From positions 21,640 through 85,639 of the forward strand of contig CAWBEU010000007.1 of assembly GCA_963787975.1 (NCBI GenBank): a stretch of DNA of 64,000 nucleotides. The letters run 5' to 3'. Source of the stretch: an uncultured Thermoplasmata archaeon. Lineage in GTDB: Archaea > Thermoplasmatota > Thermoplasmata > Lutacidiplasmatales > UBA184. Positions 48,514 through 57,937 of the stretch are shown one piece after another. Within the stretch, counting starts at the first letter, position 1. The number at the start of each line of letters is the position of its first letter. The notes beneath the pieces were generated by a model. The model saw only the letters and a program-made list of their open reading frames with translations. It did no database searches and was not told the DNA's origin. A program made the translations under genes and the position numbers.

Positions 48514-49008
48514 GTGATCTCAGTGGAGGCGTCCTGCGTACTGTGTCGCGGTCCCTCTGGCGACCCGGAGCTTGGGCGCGTCCAGGTCTGGGAAGACGCG
48601 CACTGGCGACTGACCACGGCCACCGAAGGAGAGATTGCGGGTTTCTCGTATCTCGAACCGAAGCGCCACGTGCCGCATATCACTGACCTGGAGGGCGATG
48701 AAGCCCGCACGCTGGGCCCCGTCCTAGCTCGGGCCGCACGAGCGCTCCGGGAAGCCACGGAGGCCGAGGTGGTCTACATCTACGTTTTCGGCGGCGGAAT
48801 CCCGCATCTCCACTTTCATCTCGCGCCGCACAGGAAGGGCGACGCCCTCAACCACCAGATGATTCGCGGCGAGGTCACGGAAACCCACTTGCCCAGCGGG
48901 GCGACGGCGTTCGTTAGCAAGGAGTTTCCTCCGCTGCCCACAAGCGTCCATTCTCAGGTCCGAGAACGACTCTGCCGCGTCCTCGGAAGCTCCAGCGGGA
49001 CCGCCTAG
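48514..49008 (+). CDS. HIT-family protein
   Basis: CVLC near the N-terminus, PKRHV, histidine triad PHLHFHL; start placed at GTG 48514. Confidence 0.82.
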   Translation: MISVEASCVLCRGPSGDPELGRVQVWEDAHWRLTTATEGEIAGFSYLEPKRHVPHITDLEGDEARTLGPVLARAARALREATEAEVVYIYVFGGGIPHLHFHLAPHRKGDALNHQMIRGEVTETHLPSGATAFVSKEFPPLPTSVHSQVRERLCRVLGSSSGTA

Positions 49009-49052
49009 GTCGCGCGAAAGGGGTAGGTTTCTACCACGGTCGTCAATTCACC

Positions 49053-49469
49053 TTACATCGCAACCAGCAGATGGACTAGGCCCCCTTGTTGGTACTGGGC
49101 CGCCTCATTGGCGTCCGGGGCTACCCACGTTTCCCACCGAGGCTCGGGGCTCGGTGGTCCGTCCCAAAACGAGAACGCGTAGCGCTTCCCGTTCGATTCG
49201 GTTGCGTTCCCACAAATCTCTCCTGCGGCTGGAGACGCCAGGCACCAAATATGGAAACCGAAGGTGACGCCGTGGTAAGTGAAATTGGACCAACTGGCAC
49301 CGAACAGCGACTCCGCCTCGAAAGAATAGAGTCTGAGTCCGATTAGCATGGATCCAGACTGCTCTTGCGCGATGGGGATCGCGAGTAGGACGAAGGCCGT
49401 GGCCAGTACAGCCGCGCATGCCGCGATCGCGATGATTGTGAACTTCTTCTTACGAAGAGTTAGGACCAC
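49053..49469 (-). CDS. Hypothetical exported/membrane-anchored protein
   Basis: Basic N-terminus + hydrophobic helix, then a soluble domain. Confidence 0.55.
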   Translation of the reverse strand: MVLTLRKKKFTIIAIAACAAVLATAFVLLAIPIAQEQSGSMLIGLRLYSFEAESLFGASWSNFTYHGVTFGFHIWCLASPAAGEICGNATESNGKRYAFSFWDGPPSPEPRWETWVAPDANEAAQYQQGGLVHLLVAM

Positions 49470-49621
49470 GATAGCTAAGGACCTTGAGGCTGAAGAGTCC
49501 TTCGTTGGACGGGGGTTTGAAACGGGTAGGATGTGCTCGGACTCGAGGTCATCGACGCAGCGTGCAACAGCCGTTGCACCTTCGGCCTCGATGCCCCGGC
49601 TCGGCCGCGGGCCCCTCCGGA

Positions 49622-50077
49622 CTAGTGGGCCGGGGCGTGCTTCTTGGGCTTTTGCTTGAATTCCTTGATCGCGGCGAAGTCCTCGTTGAAGACCTTCTCG
49701 AGGTTCGCCATGACGGCCTTCTCGAGCTGCGCCTCGGGGATCATTTTGGAATGCCAGTCGCCGACCACGACGACCTCGGTCTGCTCACCCTTCGGGACGT
49801 AGTAGTTGAAGAACTTCGATCCCGCCATCGGGCCTTCCATCGGCTCGACGAAGAACCCGATGGGCGGATGGAAGGTGAGCCGGTTCGACATCGGGATCCA
49901 CTTGCCGTCGATGTCCTGCTCCCAGGAGAGCATCACGGTGTTCTCGTTGACCTGTTTCCTATCGAACTTTCGGCGGCCCTTGTGGCTGTTCCCGTGATCG
50001 GTATCGGACTGCACGAACTCCCAGACCACATCGACCGGCGCGTCAAAGACGCTCCCCCAATCTCGTACGTAGACCAT
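49622..50077 (-). CDS. START/SRPBCC-like protein
   Basis: VFDAPVDVVWEF...start at MVYVRDWG. Confidence 0.65.
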   Translation of the reverse strand: MVYVRDWGSVFDAPVDVVWEFVQSDTDHGNSHKGRRKFDRKQVNENTVMLSWEQDIDGKWIPMSNRLTFHPPIGFFVEPMEGPMAGSKFFNYYVPKGEQTEVVVVGDWHSKMIPEAQLEKAVMANLEKVFNEDFAAIKEFKQKPKKHAPAH

Positions 50078-50314
50078 GCCGGCGAGAATGATTTCCGGTA
50101 GAAAGACCCTCCGAAGAGGTACCCCTGCCTCCCCCGTAGCTTTAGGCGGTTTCCGACAACGTACGTAGTTTCCGAGAACGTTCGTATCCAGCGCGTGAGA
50201 AGCGTGCAACGAGTATCGTGCTGCCTGAGTTTGGAAACCGTGCCGTCGCATCGCCCCATCAGATCTGGACACGCCTCGCCGGCGGCGCGCCTGATGAACC
50301 TTCGGGTGCATGTC

Positions 50315-50334
50315 TTTTATATGATACATATGTC
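50315..50334 (+). promoter_or_regulatory. TATA box (TTTTATAT) plus palindrome GATACATATGTCTC upstream of the HTH-MNT gene
   Basis: TATA about 27 nt before the ATG; the palindrome core ACATATGT at 50326-50333 lies between TATA and start. Confidence 0.55.
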
Positions 50335-50348
50335 TCTCAGATGAAACG

Positions 50349-50957
50349 ATGAGACTCAAGGATGGGCTCGACCCGCTCCTTGGGAGCCCGACCAAGCTCC
50401 GGTTACTGCGGAAGCTTCTGGCCACCCCCGGCCGTCGCTGGACGGGACGGGAACTCGCTGCAGCGGCTCGGGTCTCTACGGCGCAGGCCGCTAGAGACCT
50501 GGACGACTTCCTCCAGGTCGGTATCCTCCTTCGCGACGTGCAGGGGCGGTCCTACGCTTGGAGCGTGAACGAGGGACACGTTCTCGCACCCACGCTGTCT
50601 CAACTGTTCCATGCGGAGGCCTCGCTCCGGGACGCGCTCGCCCGCGACGTGGGAGGCCTCCTCGCAGGAGTGCCGGTCCGCCGGGCCCGGCTATTCGGTT
50701 CCGTGGCGCGGGGGGACGAGCGGGCCGACAGTGACGTTGACCTGTTCGTCCAGGTGGGAACGGCCGACGAACGAGCCTCGGTCGACTCAGCGCTAGAGAA
50801 GATCCGCGACCGGGTGTGGATCCGCTTCGGCAACCCGCTGGCCGCGTTGGTCTATACCGACGCCGAGACCCGACACCCGAGGAACCCTTCGCTACTGGGA
50901 GCGATCGATCGAGAGGGGGTCGAAGTGACCCCGGGGGGTGCGGGTGGCGCGGATTGA
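50349..50957 (+). CDS. Winged-HTH + minimal nucleotidyltransferase (MNT) antitoxin
   Basis: WTGRELAAAARVSTAQA (HTH); LFGSVARGDERADSDVDL (MNT). Confidence 0.88.
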   Translation: MRLKDGLDPLLGSPTKLRLLRKLLATPGRRWTGRELAAAARVSTAQAARDLDDFLQVGILLRDVQGRSYAWSVNEGHVLAPTLSQLFHAEASLRDALARDVGGLLAGVPVRRARLFGSVARGDERADSDVDLFVQVGTADERASVDSALEKIRDRVWIRFGNPLAALVYTDAETRHPRNPSLLGAIDREGVEVTPGGAGGAD

Positions 50958-51339
50958 AGTCGTCGCAAGAGAGCGCAGTGCGGTCTATCTGCAACGCGCC
51001 GAGGAGTTTGCCTGGCAGATGGACCACGCCGCCTCGGTCCGCGCCTGGAACTCGGTCGGGTTGCTCGGGGTTCATTGCGTGATCTCCGCGTGCGATAGCC
51101 TGACCGTCGCGCTCTCGGGCCAGCGATGGAGCGGACAGGATCATGCGGGCGTCCATGGGATGGTTCGATCGCTGAAGCTCCCGGACGCGGACGCCGCGCT
51201 GCGGCAGGTCGCCGAGGTCTTGGACAGCAAGAATCGGGTCGAGTCCGAGGCCCGTGCGTTTACGGAGAAGGAGGCTGAGGAGCTCCGCAAGCGGGCCCGA
51301 CGCGTGCTGGGCTGGGTGAGGTCTCACCTTTCGGGCTGA
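50938..51339 (+). CDS. HEPN-domain protein (partner of the MNT)
   Basis: Overlaps the MNT; YLQRAEEF, ISACDSL, QDHAG, LDSKNRVE, A..LRKRARRVLGWV. Confidence 0.78.
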   Translation: MRVARIEVVARERSAVYLQRAEEFAWQMDHAASVRAWNSVGLLGVHCVISACDSLTVALSGQRWSGQDHAGVHGMVRSLKLPDADAALRQVAEVLDSKNRVESEARAFTEKEAEELRKRARRVLGWVRSHLSG

Positions 51340-51609
51340 TTCCATCGGGAGGGTCACGCTCTACGCGCTGGACGGGGGTCGGCCGGACCACCGGCGACGG
51401 AGACCCAAGGAAGCCGGGTCTTCGTCACGTCCGGTCGCCGGGCGCTATGACCATTGCACCAACGAAATCGAAACGACCTCGCTGCCGTCCCTATCCCGCA
51501 GCGTGGATTCCCGAACGGAACTGTCCGGACGCAAGCTGCCGATCAGCGGGGTGGGGCTGGTGTGCTTTGGCGAAACGTATTTCGGTGCGACGCACTGTAG
51601 AGTCTCTTG

Positions 51610-51780
51610 ATGAGCGGTATGTCCTCCCTAGGTGCCGTCGGCTCCCGCCCGAATGAACTCATGTTGTACCGTTGCCTCGTCTGTGGCTACCAGACGCTCA
51701 AGGCAGACGAGATCTCAGACCATTTGATGTCCCACGCAGAAGCGGCGAAGTACGCCTTCACGAGCGTCGTGAAGGACTAG
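51610..51780 (+). CDS. Micro-protein with a classical C2H2 zinc finger (not in ORF track)
   Basis: In-frame ATGs at 51610/51619/51661; YRCLVCGYQTLKADEISDHLMSH = C-x2-C-x12-H-x3-H. Confidence 0.7.
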   Translation: MSGMSSLGAVGSRPNELMLYRCLVCGYQTLKADEISDHLMSHAEAAKYAFTSVVKD

Positions 51781-52109
51781 ACGCGTCGCGGTGACCCGAC
51801 TTCTCCGCGCACGGCGGACGAGCGCCTAGGGTCTCAACTGGTATCGTACGACGACGACGCGGGGTCTGATTACCCCGCGGCGGAGCAGATACCGGGGGCA
51901 ATCAATATTGCACCCGCGGAGTCCATACCGAGGAACTGAGCAGCTTCTCTGTCTGAATCCATGTAGAAGCCCGCCGGAGGTCCGATAGCTGACTCAGCGC
52001 CCACACCGCGGCGTTCATCGAATCATCTTCGAGTCGTTGGGGTGCAGGTCGATTTCCATTCCAAAGTGACTAATATCGAGAACAGGTTCCCCCTCCGCCG
52101 AGCCGACTG

Positions 52110-55100
52110 ATGGTCCTTCCAAGGCGACTGAACCGGTCCCACCTCGCGTCGCGCGAGATCTCAAGCTCGCGGGCGCTCGGGAAGCCGCTCGCGGTAGTGA
52201 TCCTCGCCGTGGTGTTGGTGGTATCGGGAGCCGGGACCTACGTTGCGTTTTCCCATCCCATAACCACATGCGCCCCCGCCAACGGTCCTGTCTGCAGTGC
52301 CAGTACCAACACCCACGATCTGGGTGTCCTGGTGCCGTTGCGCACTACCCAAGAGAACGTCCCGATCCCCGTGACCGCGATCGTGCCGTCTCAGTACCAG
52401 GCCTCGAGCTTCTTGTTCACCTTTGGCGACGGGACCACCAACCACACCACGTCTCCCACCGTCATCCACACCTACACGCACACGGGGGTGTACATCATCT
52501 CGGTGTCCGCGGTGGTGAACGGCGTCGTTCACGACAATGAACACGCCCTCACGACCGTTTCAGTAGCCACGGACTATGCGACGGACTCTCTCGGGACCGT
52601 TCCGACCGCGCTCGGGGCCCTCGTGTCCAATTCCACGTCAATGGTCAATCCGACGTCGCTGCTCCAAATCGGAGAGACTCTCACGTTTCAAGGCATGTAT
52701 ACCCTCCCCCCAACGAACCCTCTCTACACGCTCGCTACGCCGACGATCGTCTCCCCGGGCGGCACGGTCAGTGGCGCCACCAATACCTCTCAGACTGCTC
52801 AGGCGTCGTTCACCTACGCGAAGGCCGGCACGTACCAGGTCACGTTCGTGGGCGCCGGGGTCTCCACTGGAAACCCGACAGCCTACGGGAACTTCACCTG
52901 GACCGTAGAGGTCGCTCCCTCGGGTCAGAACTACGGCTTCGCGGGCTCCCCCACGACGGTGGACCCGCATCCGGGGCAGATCGTGGCCTATGAAAGCTAC
53001 TCCGGCGGAGCCACCACGTTCGACCCGGCGATCGACTACGACCTGGCCGGGTACGAGGTCGTGGGCAACATCTACCAGACCCTGATCCTCTACAACGGCA
53101 GCGCGGCGGGACCCAGTCCGAACGATTATGTGCCCATGATCGCGACGTGCGTCCCCGGCAGCGCGCAGTGCGCCTCCTTGTACGGAGGAGACAACCTGCA
53201 GCAGGGAACCAACTACACCTTCGTCATCAGCAGCGCGCCCCAGTTCTATGACCCGTACGACGCCGGACACCCGTCATGGGGAGTCTACCCCTCGGACGTG
53301 ATGTTCTCTGTCCTTCGCACGCTGGCGTTCTCGCTCCTACCGGCTCCCCTGTTCACGAATGGTTGGATCATCACCCAGTCGTTGCTCCCGGGCGGAAATG
53401 CCAGCTGGGACACCGGCCTCCACGCGACGTTCAACAACACCCCGCAGTGGATGTTCGCTGCGATGACCATCAATGAGTCGGGAGCCTGTCCGAGCATTGC
53501 GATCACGGACACGGCGCTCTACCACGGATGCATCACGTTCCACGCGAACGCCAGCAACAGCTATGGAAACGCGTGGCCGTTCTTCCTGGAGCTCATTTCG
53601 GACCAGCAGGGGAGCAGCGTCGTCCCCTGCGGCTGGTTCAGCATGCCCGCCCAGGGACAGGGGATCCCCGGCTGGACCGCGTCGAACGCCTCCGACCAGG
53701 GGCCGCATCCGTGCCGGGCCCCGACACCGGCTCAGATCACGACGCTCTCTTCCCCGTCGTTCTACACCGGGTTTGACAGCTGGGAGCAGAACTACTACAA
53801 CGCGGTCACGGGCGTGTACGCGGGCAACACCCAGTGGCGCCCCGCCGGGTCCGGTCCCTACTACCTCTCCGGGTTCCAGCTCGGCGAGAGCTACGACCTC
53901 GCCGCCAACCCCGCGTACCACTCGAACCCGTTCTGCACCTGGTCGGCATGTCAGCCCGTGGCCGGAGACTACGTGCCGATCGTCCGCGTGGTCTGGGAGT
54001 CCGACCCAACCCTCGGGGAACAGTCGATGGCGTCCGGCGTCGCCGACTTCGCGAGCTTCCCGTCGACCGATACCGGTTTCCTGCTCCAGCTGATTCAGGC
54101 TGGGAAGACCAATGCTCAGGTGGTCCCCTCCCTGGCCATCAATACGCTCTTTTTCGCCCTCAACTTCAGCAAGTCGCGCGAGAACACCTACACGTCGAAC
54201 CCGGTGACCATCCCTTCCGACTTCTTCAGCTACCTGGGCATGCGCCAGTTCTTCGTTCACGCCTACCCGTACGCGTCGGTCCAGTCCACCGTCAACACCG
54301 TCGACGGAATCCAGTATGGCTTCGACTTCGGCGGGGCGATCCCCGATTTCATGGGCAACTACTATCCCCACGACATCAACTGGCCGAGCGGCAACCCCTG
54401 CACGAACGCCAGCGACACGAGTTGCCCCGCGTACTGGTGGGCGGCCATGAACACCCATGGGCCGTACTACGACCCCGAAGCGGCCTCCTGCACGACCGCC
54501 AACCCCTGCAAATTCCCCGTCTACAATTCCCAGGGGGACACCGCGGAGGACGAGCGAATTCCGCTGTTCATCGGGTCCGTGGCCAATGTGACCGGAGGGG
54601 CGATCCAGATGAGCCTCGTGGACATCCCGGCCACCACGCTCGCCCTCGAAGGCACGGCCGGAATCGGGACGAATGCCCTTCCCATGGAAACCGGGGTGTG
54701 GTACCCCGACTACCCGGACCCGACCGACTACGCCTATCCGTTCTACTATCCCGACGCGACCTTCACTCTCCCCGAGGCCACCGCCGAGGGGCTCGGCTCC
54801 TCCTACGTGACCTCGACGCCCAACGCCTTCAACTCGACGATGCCCGGGGGCGCCGCCTGCCCCACGGACTACAACTTCTACGTGAACATCTCGGCGGCCG
54901 GATTCCCCGTGGTCCCCCAGTCCTGCCAGGGCGCGGCGTACGACGCGATGATCGGGCTCATGACCGCGGCCGGGTCCCTCCCGGCGAACTCCCTTCGGGT
55001 GCTCCAGTTCGCCCAGGCGGAAACGATCGCCAACGAGCTGGGAATCATGATCAGCGAGTTCCAGAACGACCTCGTCATCCCGTATGCCGCCTGGATCCAC

Positions 55101-55190
55101 CCGTCCTCGGTGTCCACGAACGTGGTCTACGCCGGGTTCTACTGGTGGTGGCTCGTGAACGGGAACGGCGTTCTCTCGCCGCCTTCCTAA
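52110..55190 (+). CDS. Peptide/nickel ABC substrate-binding protein (family 5) with N-terminal PKD domain
   Basis: TM anchor, FTFGDGT...HTYTHTGVY (PKD), TFDPAIDYD..GYEV..NIYQTLILY, SGPYYL, W.PDYPDPTDY. Confidence 0.85.
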   Translation: MVLPRRLNRSHLASREISSSRALGKPLAVVILAVVLVVSGAGTYVAFSHPITTCAPANGPVCSASTNTHDLGVLVPLRTTQENVPIPVTAIVPSQYQASSFLFTFGDGTTNHTTSPTVIHTYTHTGVYIISVSAVVNGVVHDNEHALTTVSVATDYATDSLGTVPTALGALVSNSTSMVNPTSLLQIGETLTFQGMYTLPPTNPLYTLATPTIVSPGGTVSGATNTSQTAQASFTYAKAGTYQVTFVGAGVSTGNPTAYGNFTWTVEVAPSGQNYGFAGSPTTVDPHPGQIVAYESYSGGATTFDPAIDYDLAGYEVVGNIYQTLILYNGSAAGPSPNDYVPMIATCVPGSAQCASLYGGDNLQQGTNYTFVISSAPQFYDPYDAGHPSWGVYPSDVMFSVLRTLAFSLLPAPLFTNGWIITQSLLPGGNASWDTGLHATFNNTPQWMFAAMTINESGACPSIAITDTALYHGCITFHANASNSYGNAWPFFLELISDQQGSSVVPCGWFSMPAQGQGIPGWTASNASDQGPHPCRAPTPAQITTLSSPSFYTGFDSWEQNYYNAVTGVYAGNTQWRPAGSGPYYLSGFQLGESYDLAANPAYHSNPFCTWSACQPVAGDYVPIVRVVWESDPTLGEQSMASGVADFASFPSTDTGFLLQLIQAGKTNAQVVPSLAINTLFFALNFSKSRENTYTSNPVTIPSDFFSYLGMRQFFVHAYPYASVQSTVNTVDGIQYGFDFGGAIPDFMGNYYPHDINWPSGNPCTNASDTSCPAYWWAAMNTHGPYYDPEAASCTTANPCKFPVYNSQGDTAEDERIPLFIGSVANVTGGAIQMSLVDIPATTLALEGTAGIGTNALPMETGVWYPDYPDPTDYAYPFYYPDATFTLPEATAEGLGSSYVTSTPNAFNSTMPGGAACPTDYNFYVNISAAGFPVVPQSCQGAAYDAMIGLMTAAGSLPANSLRVLQFAQAETIANELGIMISEFQNDLVIPYAAWIHPSSVSTNVVYAGFYWWWLVNGNGVLSPPS

Positions 55191-55251
55191 GCTCCGCCGT
55201 GTCCCGATGCTCGCCGGGCGGCGGAAGGGGAGCGAGTTCCCCCAGGGTATG

Positions 55252-56406
55252 TTAGCGCCGGAGGCGGGGGTCGAGGGCGTCGCGCAGTCCGTCGGCGAGG
55301 AAGTTCACGCTGATCGCGAACAGGAAGACCGTCAGCCCGGGGAACAGGATCTGCCACCAGGGGAACGTGCACACGATCCCGGGCGTAGCGCAGTCGAGGA
55401 CGAAGGTCTCGAGGTTCTGCACCGCGATCGCGGAGAGCGTGCCCCACTCAGGGAACGGCGTGGACGGCCAGATCGGGAAGCCGAGAAAGACGATGACCCC
55501 GAGCAGCAGCGGCACGGTCCCGACGTCGAGGGAGAACTGGACCAGGACCGGATACATCACGTTCGGGAGGATGTGTTTCCGGAGGATCCGGCCCGGGCCC
55601 GCGCCGCCGGCCTTGGCGGCCTCGACGTACTTCTGCTCCCGAACGACGAGCGATTGTCCCCGGACCAGCCGGGTGTAGAACGGCCACCAGGTGACGACGA
55701 AGGCGCCCACCAAGATGCCCACGCGCCCCAGGAACGTGAGCGAGTTGCCGAGCGCCGTCGAGAGGACGGCGAGGAGCACGAGCACGAGCAGCAGGCCGGG
55801 GATGGAGAGGAAGATGTCCGTCACCCGCATGATGGTCTCGTCCACGACCCCCCCGTGGAACCCCGACACGGCGCCGAGAATCATGCCGATCAACGCGCCG
55901 CTCCCCACAATCGTCACGGAGATCCCGAGCGACCAGGGAGCCCCTTTGATGAGCCCGGTCGCCATGTTGTAGAACAGCCCGTCCGCCGGGGTCGACGAGA
56001 GAGACCCCAGAGGTAACGGGCCGATCGAGAGCGGCAACAGCGAGACCGTGGGCGGAACCAGCGACTTTTCGAACGAAGACACCAGATAGCACCCGGCCCC
56101 CGGCGAGAGCTGGGGCGCGGCGTAGGTGCAGACCTTGACGCAGTTTGTCGCCGAGGAAAGGTAGGTTCCGCAGTAGAGGGTCATCGACGTGGACGGCCCC
56201 GGGTAAAAGAACGAACCCAGCGCTACCAGGACGAAGAACAGCAGGAGCCCGAGCCCGACCATCGCGAGCGTGTTCTGCTTGAGGGTGTGCCATGTCCGCC
56301 GGAACTGGTCGATGCGCGCGCGGAAGGAACGTGCCTGAGCGCTCTCCTTCTCGGCCTCTGCGCCCTTTTGCGGGCCGGATGGGGAAGTCTCGGAGGTATC
56401 CTGCAC
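55252..56406 (-). CDS. Peptide ABC transporter permease (OppC/DppC-type)
   Basis: DETIMRVTDIFLSIPGLLL, EQKYVEAAKAGGAG..RILRKHILPN, DGLRDALDPR. Confidence 0.92.
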   Translation of the reverse strand: MQDTSETSPSGPQKGAEAEKESAQARSFRARIDQFRRTWHTLKQNTLAMVGLGLLLFFVLVALGSFFYPGPSTSMTLYCGTYLSSATNCVKVCTYAAPQLSPGAGCYLVSSFEKSLVPPTVSLLPLSIGPLPLGSLSSTPADGLFYNMATGLIKGAPWSLGISVTIVGSGALIGMILGAVSGFHGGVVDETIMRVTDIFLSIPGLLLVLVLLAVLSTALGNSLTFLGRVGILVGAFVVTWWPFYTRLVRGQSLVVREQKYVEAAKAGGAGPGRILRKHILPNVMYPVLVQFSLDVGTVPLLLGVIVFLGFPIWPSTPFPEWGTLSAIAVQNLETFVLDCATPGIVCTFPWWQILFPGLTVFLFAISVNFLADGLRDALDPRLRR

Positions 56407-56410
56407 GATC

Positions 56411-57615
56411 TCAGCCCAGCCTCACCCGGGGGTCCAGGTAAGCGTACAGGATGTCCACGACGATGTTCGCGATGACCACGATGACCGTGAACACGATCGT
56501 CGTTCCGAAGATGACGCCGAAATCGTACGGAGGCCGTACCGAGTAGGTGAAGAGAAGGCCAATTCCCCTCAGGCCGAAGATGAGCTCGGTCACGGGGAAC
56601 CCGGCGATGAAGAAAGCGAAGGTGAGCCCCAGTACGGTGAGGCTCACGTTGAACGCATTTCGTCCCGCATGCCGGGCGATCACCTGGCGTTCCGGGACCC
56701 CGATCGCGCGAGCGTGCTTGATGTAGTCGAGGCTCAGCACCTCGAGCATGCTGTTGCGGACGAACCGGAGGATCCTGCGACAGAGCCGTACGCGACGGTG
56801 AAGGCTGGGAGAAGGAGCCGGCGAATCGTGTCGAGCGCGATCAGGGGCTGGCCATGGAACAGGGCGTCGACCGTCGGAAAGTGGGTCGGGGAGGTCTGCC
56901 CATACTGGCCGATCCAACTGGGCTGCACTCCCCCATACGGAGGACAGGCGTACCCGGTCGGGTCGGGGGGAAGCCCGTACCACAGGTCCCACGGCGTCGC
57001 GGTCCCTCCGCAGATGTGGGTGAACCCCCCGGTGAGAAGGACCGCGCCGAGCAAGGTCCCGCCCGCGAGCAGGAACGTCGGAAGCGCGAAGCCCGAGAAG
57101 GAGAGCAGCCGGGCCCCCTGGTCGAACGGCTGATTACGATGGACGGCGGCTCGGTTCCCGATCGGAAAGGAAAGAAACCAGATCATGACGAGGGAGAGGA
57201 TCGCCAGCTCCAAGGTGTACGGAAGGTACCAGGACAGCACAGTAAGGACCGGAATCCCCCCAGGAATGCCGACCGTGGGCAGGAGGCTGTGCGCCGACGT
57301 GTACCCCCACTGTCCCGTCAAGAGATTGAACATGTAGTGAGCCCACTGCACCGGTACGGGCTGGTTGAGTCCCAGTTCCCGGATGCCATTCCAGTACCAG
57401 GGGTTAGGGCAGAATCGGGAGCCGTTCGGCGATGTGAAGCCAAAACGGGAGCAAAGGACGTACGGCCCGGACCCGAACTTCGATTGTCCGAATTGAGAGT
57501 CGAGCCGCTGGCCGACCGGAATGGCGCTGATCATGAGGAACGTGATCGTCATCACGCCCAGCAGGACCGGGACCAGCAGCAGGACCCTCCGGAGGACGTA
57601 GACGTAGAGCTTCAA
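56411..57615 (-). CDS. Peptide ABC transporter permease (OppB/DppB-type); -1 frameshift near 56772
   Basis: YVLRRVLLLVPVLLGV, LPYTLEL; shifted frame RFVRNSMLEVLSLDYIKHARAIG...YAYLDPRVR. Confidence 0.9.
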
Positions 57616-57937
57616 CCGGGCTCACCGCCACCCTGGCCGATCCAGGTCGTCGTGACCTCCGACGGGTCCCCTTCCCATCATTCGTCCGCTGGCCCCACGG
57701 GGCGCTTGGGTTTGACGACCTTCGGGTCTTTCTTGCACCTTAGAAACCGTCGAAGGGTTCGATAGTCTACCCCTACAAGAACAGTAGGGGTGCCACCCTG
57801 CTCGACCTTTCGCCACCGGAGGGAAGGCAATGCCGTAAACCGGAAACTCGGCTATCCTGCCAGAGCGTCTGGACGGGGGGAGCAGAAGTCTCGCTAGGTA
57901 AGTTTACTTGCATCCGTAGGTGCGGTCCGGTCGAGAC

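Noticed and set aside
51860-51915. Hairpins CGCGGGG-TCTGATTA-CCCCGCG and GCAAT-CAAT-ATTGC as an ncRNA
   Set aside because: Short GC-rich stems are expected by chance and there is no further support.
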